From the NCBI GenBank assembly GCA_963813815.1, contig CAWFAD010000016.1, forward strand, positions 192,001-256,000: a stretch of 64,000 nt of DNA, read 5' to 3'. This document shows positions 19,101 to 27,584 of the stretch, piece after piece (the stretch's first letter is position 1; every line of letters starts with the position of its first letter). A program made the translations under genes and the position numbers. A model generated the notes under the pieces. That model saw only the letters and a list, made by a program, of their open reading frames with translations, searched no databases and was not told the origin of the DNA. Source of the DNA: an uncultured bacterium. Lineage in GTDB: Bacteria > Krumholzibacteriota > Krumholzibacteriia > Krumholzibacteriales > Krumholzibacteriaceae.

Positions 19101-20555
19101 ATGAAAAAAAGAACGATCGTGGCCGCGGCGTTCGCGGCGGTTTTTGCGACGGCGGCGGGAGCGGAGCAGGTGCCGGAGAATATACGCGCCGCGTACGAAT
19201 CGATCCGTCCGATGGATCCCTACGAGCTCTGCCGGATCATGAGCTCGCCGCGCTTCGAAGGCCGGCTCACGGGGCACGAGGGGTATACGGAGGCGGCGAG
19301 ATGGGCGGCGGGGCTCTTCGAGCGGTGGGGGCTCGAGCCCCGCGATCCGAAGGAAGGGCATCTGCAGCCCTATCCCTCTCCCTATACGATCGTCGACGAG
19401 GCGGAGCTCGTGCTCATCCTCGAGCGCCCCGGAGAGGCGCCCCGCGAGCGCCGGTGCGAGCTCGCGAAGGAATTCCTGCCGCTCCTCTACACGGCGAGCG
19501 GCGACCACACGGCCGGCATCGTGTTCGCGGGCTGGGGCATCTCGGCGCCGGAGCTCGGGTATGACGACTACGCTGAAGTCGACGTGCGGGGAAAATTCGT
19601 TCTCTGCTTCCGCGGCACGCCCGATCGCGAGAACAAGGCCTTCGTCGACTACGACCACCACCGCCGCCGCATGCAAACGGCCCGCGAGAAAGGCGCTCTC
19701 GGCATCATCTATATCTATCCCGAGGTGAACGCTCATCCGAACGCCGACTGGCACGACGGGTTCGCCGGCGCGATGCTGAGCGACGGAGCCGCCGACACGC
19801 TCCTCGCCGGCGAGGGGCTCACATCAAAGGCTCTCAGGAGCTCGCTCGAGGAAGAGAAGCGTCCGCGCTCGTTCGCCCTCTCGTCGCGCGCGCGCTACCG
19901 GGCGGCCTCGCGGCATTTTCCGGACGGCGAGGGGTACAACGTGGTCGCCTGGATCGAGGGCTCCGATCCGAAACTCAGAGGCGAGTGCGTCGTCGTGGGA
20001 GGCCACTACGACCACTGCGGGCGGCACGCCGGGCTTCTCTTCCCCGGCGCGAACGACAACGCGAGCGGGTCGGCCGTGGTGATGGAGATCGCCGAGGCGT
20101 TCTCGCTGCTCGAGAAGCGGCCGAAGCGCTCGGTCGTTTTCGTACTCTTCGGCGGGGAGGAGCAGGGGCTCCTCGGCTCGACCTGGTTCGCCGAGCACCT
20201 GCCGCCGCGATTTACGAAGGTCGACGCGATGTTCAATTTCGACATGAACGGGGAGGGGGAGGGGACGAGCTTCGGCTGCACCGTCGAGCCGCCGGAGTTC
20301 CTCGAAACGATCGAGAACGCCGACCGATACGTGAAAACGCTGCGGCGGAACTGGCCCATCAAGGAGGTCGGCGTGCGATCCTCCGACTACGCGCCGTTCT
20401 TCCAGCAGGGGGCCTCGTGCGCGGCGTTCTTCTCGAACGGCCCCCATCTTCACTATCACGAGACGGGGGACACGATCTACCGGATCAACCCCGATATCCT
20501 CGCCGACATCGCGCGGATAGGATTCCTCGGCGCCCACGCGTGGGCCGACCGGTAG
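19101..20555 (+). CDS. M28 family peptidase with PA domain, secreted
   Basis: Signal peptide; GGHYDH, GANDNASG, GGEEQGL, NFDM, SDY, YHETGD. Confidence 0.9.
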   Translation: MKKRTIVAAAFAAVFATAAGAEQVPENIRAAYESIRPMDPYELCRIMSSPRFEGRLTGHEGYTEAARWAAGLFERWGLEPRDPKEGHLQPYPSPYTIVDEAELVLILERPGEAPRERRCELAKEFLPLLYTASGDHTAGIVFAGWGISAPELGYDDYAEVDVRGKFVLCFRGTPDRENKAFVDYDHHRRRMQTAREKGALGIIYIYPEVNAHPNADWHDGFAGAMLSDGAADTLLAGEGLTSKALRSSLEEEKRPRSFALSSRARYRAASRHFPDGEGYNVVAWIEGSDPKLRGECVVVGGHYDHCGRHAGLLFPGANDNASGSAVVMEIAEAFSLLEKRPKRSVVFVLFGGEEQGLLGSTWFAEHLPPRFTKVDAMFNFDMNGEGEGTSFGCTVEPPEFLETIENADRYVKTLRRNWPIKEVGVRSSDYAPFFQQGASCAAFFSNGPHLHYHETGDTIYRINPDILADIARIGFLGAHAWADR

Positions 20556-20562
20556 GCGCGGG

Positions 20563-21360
20563 CTACCGCTTCTCCTCCGCCTTCGCCGGCGGCATGAGCT
20601 CCTTCACGTCCGCGGGCAGCGCCCAGACGCTGTCGGGGATCGCGGCGTTCTGCTCGATGCCCGAGACGGTGATCACGCGCTCCTGCCCCATGATGGTCAT
20701 CGTCGATTTGTAGGACTGCAGGATATCGCCGAGGGGGCGGTAGTCGGAGATATAGGAAACGATGGGAATGTCTCCCATCTGCGTCGAGGCCGTGCTGAGC
20801 GTTTTCACGAGGAGCCCCGAGCCGACGTCGAACACGAACGTGCGGAGCTTGCCGGCCTTCGGTTTCAGGACGACCTTGTAGCCCGCTTTCCCCTCGACGG
20901 TGTCGAGGCCCGAGACGGCGACCGAATCGTAGATGCTCCTCCAGTACGTGAGTCCCTCGAACCGCGCGTCGAGCAGCGCCTCGGCGAGCTCCTCGCCCTC
21001 GAGGATCCTCGCTCCCTGCATGGTCGATTTTTCCCAGAAGGTCGTGCCGTCCGTGCCCCGCTCGATCTTTCCGATCATGGGCGATTCGGCGAGCGAGTAG
21101 AACCGGTTCGGCCGCGCCGCGTACGCCGTGATGTCGATCGTGACCCCCATGGCCGGGATCGCGAGCGACGCCTTCGTGGCGGTCGAGTGGAGCTTGTCGA
21201 ACGCCTTCACGCCGCCGATCGCCTCGACGTAGCGGTCGAGCACCTTCTCGGCCTCGGGCAGCTCGCCGGCCGTCCCGGCGGGCGCGAACGCGAAGATCGC
21301 GCAAACGAGCGCCGCCGCGAGGGCGATGAACGAGGACGCTCTGATGCGATGGGTGAACAT
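20563..21360 (-). CDS. secreted protein (LolA-like / outer-membrane lipoprotein-sorting-like fold)
   Basis: Signal peptide; VLDRYVEAIGG, FDVGSGLLVK, SDYR motif; downstream of the S41 peptidase. Confidence 0.65.
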   Translation of the reverse strand: MFTHRIRASSFIALAAALVCAIFAFAPAGTAGELPEAEKVLDRYVEAIGGVKAFDKLHSTATKASLAIPAMGVTIDITAYAARPNRFYSLAESPMIGKIERGTDGTTFWEKSTMQGARILEGEELAEALLDARFEGLTYWRSIYDSVAVSGLDTVEGKAGYKVVLKPKAGKLRTFVFDVGSGLLVKTLSTASTQMGDIPIVSYISDYRPLGDILQSYKSTMTIMGQERVITVSGIEQNAAIPDSVWALPADVKELMPPAKAEEKR

Positions 21361-21399
21361 GAAATCTGCACCTCCATGATTGAACGGTCGAAACGGGAG

Positions 21400-22725
21400 C
21401 TACTTGCCACCGTTATACTCTTGGCTCTCGATCCAGTCAATCGCCGCTTCGAGCTGCGGGTCGCGTCCGGCGATCAGCGCCTCCCGCGTGAGAGGGACGA
21501 TCACGTCCGGAACGACGCCCTTGCCCTCGAGCTCCGTCCCGTCGCGGGTGATGTAGGAAGCGATCGCGTACTGAAATCCGTCGCCGTTCAGCAGGCGCTC
21601 GGCCATCGACGGCAGCGTGGCGCCCACCGTGCGCGAGCCGATGATCCGGACCCGCGGATACCCCTGAACGCCTCCCGCGAAGATCTCAGCCGACGAGCCC
21701 GAGAGGCCGTCGACGAGGATCGCGACCGGGCCGCGATAGGGCCTGGCCTGGGGATTGACCACGAAGCGAAGGGTGTTGTCCCTCGTGCGCATCGTTCCGA
21801 TGTCCCGGTTTTTCTCGTCGATGAACCAGCCCGCCATGCCGATCGGTATGGCGCCGATGCCTCCCGGGTTGCCGCGGATGTCGATGACGACGCCGGGGGC
21901 GTCGATGAAAGATTTCATCGCGGCGCTGTAAGCCGGCATGAGCGTCAGCGGATCGAAGAAGACGCTGAACCAGAAATAGCCGATGCCGCCTCTGAGCGTG
22001 TCGGTCTCGGTGCGCAGGTAGAACGGCGGGAAGTTGCCGAAAACGATGCGCTTCCCGGGCTCCTCGGCGAGCACGAGGGTCTTCTCGACCGGACGATCGC
22101 GCTCGTCGAGGAAGGACACGCGTATCGTATCGCCGATGGCTCCCGCCAATCTCCCCAGAACGGAGCGCATGAGGTAGAGATCCCGGCGGGTGTTCGACGC
22201 GAATTCCTCCTCGATCGCGGGAAAGAGCGCGGGGATGTCCGTATCGTTCACGCGCCGCACGATCCAGCCGGGACGTACGCCCGCTTCCCCGCCGGGGGTC
22301 CCCGGCGGCGCCTTTACGACGACCGCTTCTCCGTCCATGACGCGCACGCTGAGGCCGGTCGAGCCTCCGAGGTCGCCCTTCTTCCTCGGAGCGTCGATGT
22401 TGGCGTACGCCTCCTCGGCGATGATGTTGAAATGACTCTGGCGGAGCCTTCCGATCATCTCGCGCATGGCGGCGCGGGCCTCCCGCGTCGTTTCGGCCCG
22501 CTCGACCTTCGGACGAAACTCGTCGTGAACGGCCTGCCAGTCGAGCCCGCCGAGCGTCGGGTCGAAATGGCGGTCGCGGATCGTCCGCCAGACGTACTCG
22601 AACGACTCGAGATTTTTCGCGGCCTGCCCGGCGTCGAGCTCCGCCCGGACCGGCGGCGGGCCAGCCGCCAACGCGGCTGCGACGGCCGCCGCGCACATGC
22701 AGACGAGATGCAGACGCATGTTCAT
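21400..22725 (-). CDS. S41 family peptidase with PDZ domain
   Basis: SD GGAGGA; DIRGNPGG, SGSSAEIF, EGKGVVPD, DPQL; PDZ GLSVR...AGVRPG. Confidence 0.9.
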   Translation of the reverse strand: MNMRLHLVCMCAAAVAAALAAGPPPVRAELDAGQAAKNLESFEYVWRTIRDRHFDPTLGGLDWQAVHDEFRPKVERAETTREARAAMREMIGRLRQSHFNIIAEEAYANIDAPRKKGDLGGSTGLSVRVMDGEAVVVKAPPGTPGGEAGVRPGWIVRRVNDTDIPALFPAIEEEFASNTRRDLYLMRSVLGRLAGAIGDTIRVSFLDERDRPVEKTLVLAEEPGKRIVFGNFPPFYLRTETDTLRGGIGYFWFSVFFDPLTLMPAYSAAMKSFIDAPGVVIDIRGNPGGIGAIPIGMAGWFIDEKNRDIGTMRTRDNTLRFVVNPQARPYRGPVAILVDGLSGSSAEIFAGGVQGYPRVRIIGSRTVGATLPSMAERLLNGDGFQYAIASYITRDGTELEGKGVVPDVIVPLTREALIAGRDPQLEAAIDWIESQEYNGGK

Positions 22726-22856
22726 CGTTCCTCCCGTTCGTCGTGAGCGAAGAGCAATTGATATCATTAAATACCCCCGAGCGTCAAGTTCGTTCCCGCG
22801 GATTGGCCGCATAACATATTGAACGTAATAAAGATAACTAACGAACCTGATTATTG

Positions 22857-22900
22857 TTGCAGTGCTGTGCAACATACAGTATAATATCGTCGTACAGTAT
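22857..22900 (+). promoter_or_regulatory. sigma70-type promoter of the padR operon with TACAGTAT direct repeats
   Basis: TTGCAG (22857-62) N17 TATAAT (22880-85); TACAGTAT at 22875 and 22893; AT-rich island. Confidence 0.65.
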
Positions 22901-22919
22901 CCAGAAAGGGATGTATCGC

Positions 22920-23258
22920 ATGGCCGACGATATCAAGGCGTTCGAAACCGAGCTGAACCGGGGATTTCTGCAGATTCTCGTTCTCGTTGCGCTCGAGCGG
23001 AGGATGTACGGGTACCGGATGGTCAAGCACCTCGAGGAGACGGGATATGCCGTCGAGGAGAACACGCTCTATCCGCTCCTTCGCCGGCTCGAGAAGAACG
23101 GCTGGATCGCGGGCGAGTGGGACGTGAGCGAGGAGAGACCGAGGAAATTTTACGTGGTGACCGAAAGGGGGCGCGCCGTGCGGGAGCAGGCGCTCTCCGT
23201 CTGGTCGCGGCAGAGCGAGATTCTCAAACGGATCGAGAAGGGCGGAAATCATGTCTGA
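22920..23258 (+). CDS. PadR family transcriptional regulator
   Basis: ELNRGFL.ILVL, MYGY, TLYPLLRRLE, RPRKFY.VT.RG. Confidence 0.92.
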   Translation: MADDIKAFETELNRGFLQILVLVALERRMYGYRMVKHLEETGYAVEENTLYPLLRRLEKNGWIAGEWDVSEERPRKFYVVTERGRAVREQALSVWSRQSEILKRIEKGGNHV

Positions 23259-24201
23259 GAGCTTGGAGCGCTATCTTCGGGAGATCGATCACTACCTCGC
23301 CGTGAAACGCAACGCGAAGGAGATCCTCGCGGAAATCCGGAGCCACATTCTCGAGAAAGCGGCCGACGGGCAGGGTCGAATATCCGACGAGTCGATCGAG
23401 CGGGCGATCTCGGCCTACGGCGCCCCGCGCGAGGTGGCGGCACAGTATCTCGAGGGGGCCGAGGTCATCGCCCCCGTGTTCCGGAAACACCTCTTCCGCT
23501 ATACGTGGCTGCTCTTCGCGGCGCACTGCGCGGCGATGGCGGCGTCGATCGTCTTCGACCTGAGCATCGTCATGTTTCCGCTGTTCATCATCCCGAGGAT
23601 GCCCGGGTACCTGTGGATCTTCTACGTGCCGATGGCCTTCGTCGCCGATTTCGGGCTTGTCGCGTTCATTCTCATGCTCGTGACGCAGCGCAGGCAGGAT
23701 CTCAAGCTCCCGTGGCCGACGATCTTCCTCGGCCGTCCGCGGCGCGGGCCGGGGCTCGAGCCGCCGCGCAAACGGACGCTCGCCGCGACGCTCGCGCTCC
23801 TGGCCGTCGCGGCGTTCTTCCTCGCGCGGTACCGCACGCTCTTTTTCTACTCGGTCAACGGCGGGGCGCCGGTGTCGCTGCTCGAGCCGGCCTCGGCGCT
23901 GTTCTATTCGGCGCTCTTTTTCTCGATGCTCGCGTGCGCCGTCATCGCTCTCGCCGTGAGGTTCATCGTGAACTCGGCGTGGGTGAACCTCGCGCGCGAC
24001 GTCGTCATGCTCCTGCTGCTCTGGGTCGTCTGGAACAGGCCCGTCGCGCCGGCCTTCCGGGACGCGCCCGGCGTCGACATCGCCCTGCTCGGCGGAGCCT
24101 TCGTGTTCGCCGTCACCGTTTTCGTCGCGGTCCAGTGCATCCGGAGCGTCGTTTTCGTGACGCGGGAGATGGCCTATTCCGCCGGGGGGGCGCCGCGCTG
24201 A
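23251..24201 (+). CDS. membrane protein with N-terminal HAAS-type domain (PadR partner)
   Basis: YLREI..YL...EILAEIRSHILE...YGAPREVAAQY, then several TM helices; overlaps the padR stop. Confidence 0.75.
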   Translation: MSESLERYLREIDHYLAVKRNAKEILAEIRSHILEKAADGQGRISDESIERAISAYGAPREVAAQYLEGAEVIAPVFRKHLFRYTWLLFAAHCAAMAASIVFDLSIVMFPLFIIPRMPGYLWIFYVPMAFVADFGLVAFILMLVTQRRQDLKLPWPTIFLGRPRRGPGLEPPRKRTLAATLALLAVAAFFLARYRTLFFYSVNGGAPVSLLEPASALFYSALFFSMLACAVIALAVRFIVNSAWVNLARDVVMLLLLWVVWNRPVAPAFRDAPGVDIALLGGAFVFAVTVFVAVQCIRSVVFVTREMAYSAGGAPR

Positions 24202-24279
24202 CGCGCCCGCGGCGCGGGGAGATCCGAGGGGCGGCGGGCGGAAAGAAATTGCTGGACAACTCCATTGCTTCTCGCCGAT

Positions 24280-24963
24280 ATGAATAGCATGGACAAAGGG
24301 CTCGCGGGAGGAGAAAAGGGGCCTCGCGGCTATCCCCGGTGGGCGGTTTCCCTCGTGTGGGGATGCCGGAGCGCGCGGGCGACGTTCCACCGACTGCTCT
24401 ACCGCACGTCCGCGTCGCGGCCGGTCATCGACCGGGATCTCGCCCGCTGGATCGAGATCCTCGGCCGCCGCCGCTCGGATGAGCGCTCGCCGGCCAGCGA
24501 CCTCGTTTGGCTCATCGCGCGCCATCCCGAGTTCCGCAATCTCTTCTATCTCCGCGTGGGGCGGGAGAAAAGCATCCGCGTCAAAGCGCTCCTCGAGATC
24601 GCGAAGATCTTCTATCGGCCCCTCGAGAGCCTCTACCTCTATACCGAGAACATCGGCCCCGGCTGCTTCATACAGCACGGCTTCAGCACCGCCGTCGACG
24701 CGAAGCGCATCGGCGAGAACTTCTGGCTGAACCAGCAGGTTTCGATCGGCTATTCGGGGATCGACGACTACCCGGTGATCGGGGACAACGTGTCGGTCAG
24801 AGCGGGGGCGATCGTGCTCGGCGACATCACGATCGGCGACAACTCGGTCGTCGGCGCCGGATCCGTCGTTCTGAAGAGCGTGCCGCCGAACTGCGTCGTC
24901 GTCGGCGTGCCGGCGCGCGTCGTGAGGCGCGACGGCGTCGACGTGCGGGAGGATCTCGCGTAG
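24280..24963 (+). CDS. serine acetyltransferase-like left-handed beta-helix protein
   Basis: IGPGCFIQHG, PVIGDNVSV, IGDNSVVGAGSVV, VVGVPAR hexapeptide repeats; start uncertain. Confidence 0.8.
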   Translation: MNSMDKGLAGGEKGPRGYPRWAVSLVWGCRSARATFHRLLYRTSASRPVIDRDLARWIEILGRRRSDERSPASDLVWLIARHPEFRNLFYLRVGREKSIRVKALLEIAKIFYRPLESLYLYTENIGPGCFIQHGFSTAVDAKRIGENFWLNQQVSIGYSGIDDYPVIGDNVSVRAGAIVLGDITIGDNSVVGAGSVVLKSVPPNCVVVGVPARVVRRDGVDVREDLA

Positions 24964-24978
24964 CGGAGCGATCCGGTC

Positions 24979-25347
24979 ATGAGTCTCACGCCGTTCCAGA
25001 AGATCAGCCTCATCTACCTCGTGCGCTCGTTCGCGCGCGTGCTCTCCGTCGCCCTGCTCCTTTTCGTGGGCCTGATGGCGGTGGGGGAGGGGTTTCCGAA
25101 TCCGCTCGAGCTCTCGGGGCGCGAATCGCTCCTCACCGTCGCCTTCGTCGCGATGGTCGCGGGGCTCGTCGTCGGCTGGTGGCGCGAGCTCGCGGGGGGA
25201 TCGCTCGTTCTGGGCGGTTTCGCCGCGTTCATGCTCGTCGAATTCATCGCCACGGGAGACGCCGGCATGAGCTGGATCTTCGCGCTCTTCCCCCTCGCCG
25301 GCGCCCTCTATCTGCTCTTTTGGCATCTCGGAAGGCTTCGCCACTGA
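24979..25347 (+). CDS. hypothetical 4-TM membrane protein
   Basis: Four hydrophobic segments; stop overlaps the alkD-like start. Confidence 0.7.
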   Translation: MSLTPFQKISLIYLVRSFARVLSVALLLFVGLMAVGEGFPNPLELSGRESLLTVAFVAMVAGLVVGWWRELAGGSLVLGGFAAFMLVEFIATGDAGMSWIFALFPLAGALYLLFWHLGRLRH

Positions 25348-26093
25348 TGCGGCGCGGCGCGCATCGTTTGACGGCGAGGGAGGCCGTCGCCCGGCTCGAG
25401 GCCGAGGCGGATCCCGCGAACGTCGCCGGCATGGCGCGGTACGGCATCTCCGTCGAGCGGGCGCTCGGCGTTTCAGCGCCGGCGCTCCGCGCGCTCGCGA
25501 GGGAGATCGGCCGCGACCATGGCCTCGCGGCGGCGCTCTGGCGCTCGGGGATTCGCGAGGCGCGCATTCTCGCCTGCCTCGTCGACGAGCCGGGCATGGT
25601 CTCCGAGGCGCAGCTCGAGCGGTGGGCGCGCGACTTCGATTCGTGGGACATCTGCGACGCGGCGTGCGCCAATCTCTTCGACCGCACGCCGTTCGCCTGG
25701 GAGAAAGCCGCCGCGTGGAGCGAACGCCGCGGGGAGTTCGTGAAACGCGCGGGTTTCGTTCTCATGGCGTCGCTCGCCGTTCACGACAAGCGCTCGCCCG
25801 ACGAGCGCTTTCTGGCGTTTCTCCCGATCGTCGAACGCGAGGCGGGCGACGGGCGCAACTTCGTGAAGAAGGCGGTCAACTGGGCGCTCCGGCAGATCGG
25901 CAAGCGGAGCGCCGCGCTCAATCGCGCCTCTCTCGCCTCGGCCCGGCGGATCCGCCGTTCCGACTCGCCGGCCGCCCGCTGGATAGCCGCGGACGCGATC
26001 CGCGAGCTCGAGAGCGAGCCGGTTCGGCGGAGGCTCGCCCGGAGCGGAGCGAGACGCAGCGCGGAACCGCGCCGAAAGGAGAGAGAATCATGA
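25347..26093 (+). CDS. alkD: DNA alkylation repair protein (AlkD-like HEAT-repeat glycosylase)
   Basis: LGVSAP.LR, REAR, DFDSWDICD, RNFVKKAVNWALRQIGKR. Confidence 0.85.
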   Translation: MRRGAHRLTAREAVARLEAEADPANVAGMARYGISVERALGVSAPALRALAREIGRDHGLAAALWRSGIREARILACLVDEPGMVSEAQLERWARDFDSWDICDAACANLFDRTPFAWEKAAAWSERRGEFVKRAGFVLMASLAVHDKRSPDERFLAFLPIVEREAGDGRNFVKKAVNWALRQIGKRSAALNRASLASARRIRRSDSPAARWIAADAIRELESEPVRRRLARSGARRSAEPRRKERES

Positions 26094-26620
26094 CGCACCG
26101 GGAATCGCGCGCGCGATTCGTCTCTATGACGCTCCTGTTCAAGATCAGGGATTTCTTCTCGCCGCCCGGTCGGACTCTCGCCGAAGCGGGGATACGCCCC
26201 GGCGACACGGTGCTCGATTTCGGCTGCGGGCCGGGGGGCTTCGTCGCGCCGGCTGCGAAGCTCACGGGCGAGGCGGGCGCCGTGTACGCGCTCGACAAGC
26301 GGCGCGAGGCGCTCGAGTCGGTGGGCGCGATCGTGGCGAAGCGGCGCCTCATGAACGTTCGGACCATCCTCTCCGACGGCGCCACCGGGCTTCCGGACCG
26401 GAGCGTCGACGTCGTGCTCCTCTACGACGCCTTTCATTCGCTCGATTCGGCCGAGCGCGTTCTCGCGGAGCTCCACCGGATCCTCAAGGACGGAGGGACG
26501 CTCTCGTTCAGCGATCATCACCTGAGAGACGGCGTCATCCGCTCGCGCGTTTCGGCGGGCGGTCTCTTCGAGCTCGCCGAGCGGAAGAGGAAGACGCACC
26601 TCTTCAGGAAACTGGCGTGA
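26090..26620 (+). CDS. class I SAM-dependent methyltransferase
   Basis: VLDFGCGPG, VYALD, SVDVV, RILKDGG. Confidence 0.85.
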   Translation: MTHRESRARFVSMTLLFKIRDFFSPPGRTLAEAGIRPGDTVLDFGCGPGGFVAPAAKLTGEAGAVYALDKRREALESVGAIVAKRRLMNVRTILSDGATGLPDRSVDVVLLYDAFHSLDSAERVLAELHRILKDGGTLSFSDHHLRDGVIRSRVSAGGLFELAERKRKTHLFRKLA

Positions 26621-26636
26621 GGGGCCGGGAGGGCGC

Positions 26637-27464
26637 GTGAAGCGGTTGACCGGCGCGCAAAAGAGGACCTTCCGCGCCGCCGTTCTCGCGCACTATCGCG
26701 CGCACGGACGCGGCGATCTTCCGTGGCGGGCGACGAGGGATCCCTACCGCATACTCGTCTCCGAGTTCATGCTCCAGCAGACGCAGGTGCCGCGGGCGGC
26801 GCGATACTACGATTCCTTCGTCCGCCGGTTCCCCGGTTTTCGCGCGCTCGCCCGCGCGACGCTCCGCGACGTTCTCCTCGAGTGGAGTGGCCTCGGGTAC
26901 AACCGCCGGGCGCAGCGGCTCAGGGACGCGGCCCGCGCCGTCGTCGCGGAGCACGGCGGCCGCCTCCCTCGCGACCGCGGCGCCCTCCTCTCGCTCCCCG
27001 GCGTCGGCGAGGCGACGGCGGGGGCGATCGCGGCCTTCGCGTTCGGCGAAGCGCGCCCCTTCATCGAGACGAACATTCGCGCGGCCTTCATCCATCATTT
27101 CTTCGCGGGGCGTCGCGCGGTCCGAGACGAGGAGATCGCCCCGCTCGTCGAGGCGACGCTCGACCGGTGCGATCCTCGGCGCTGGTATTACGCGCTCATG
27201 GACTACGGCGCCGCGCTCAAGAAACGCCACGGGAATCCCGCGCGCCGGAGCGCCCGCCGCGCCTCTCAGGGGAGGTTCGAGGGGTCGCCCCGCCAGGCGC
27301 GGGGCCTCGTCATCCGCGCTCTCGGGTCGGGCGGCAGGAGCGAGCGCGCGCTCGCGGCGGCGACGGGGCTCGACTTGAAACGCGTTCGGCTCGCCGTACA
27401 GGCGCTCGAGGGCGAGGGAATGGTCGAGAGGCGCGGCGCGCGGGTCCTCATCGCGGCGCGCTAG
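26637..27464 (+). CDS. mutY: short MutY-like A/G adenine glycosylase without an Fe-S cluster motif
   Basis: LPWR, SEFMLQQTQV, WSGLGYNRRA, HhH LPGVGEATA, ALMDYGA not followed by CX6CX2CX5C. Confidence 0.82.
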   Translation: MKRLTGAQKRTFRAAVLAHYRAHGRGDLPWRATRDPYRILVSEFMLQQTQVPRAARYYDSFVRRFPGFRALARATLRDVLLEWSGLGYNRRAQRLRDAARAVVAEHGGRLPRDRGALLSLPGVGEATAGAIAAFAFGEARPFIETNIRAAFIHHFFAGRRAVRDEEIAPLVEATLDRCDPRRWYYALMDYGAALKKRHGNPARRSARRASQGRFEGSPRQARGLVIRALGSGGRSERALAAATGLDLKRVRLAVQALEGEGMVERRGARVLIAAR

Positions 27465-27482
27465 CGGCCGCGGGGTTCGCCG

Positions 27483-27584
27483 CTACGTCTTCTTCCGCGC
27501 GAGGAGCCGCCGCAGGGAGAAGATCGCGAGGACGAGCACGGCGCCCCATCCGATCGACATGAATAGGTATCCGCCGAGAGTCAC
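27483..27584 (-). CDS. putative small subunit of the NSS transporter (MetS-like), 33 aa
   Basis: GTG overlaps the transporter stop (GTGA); MTLGGYLFMSIGWGAVLVLAIFSLRRLLARKKT, one TM helix plus a basic tail. Confidence 0.7.
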   Translation of the reverse strand: MTLGGYLFMSIGWGAVLVLAIFSLRRLLARKKT

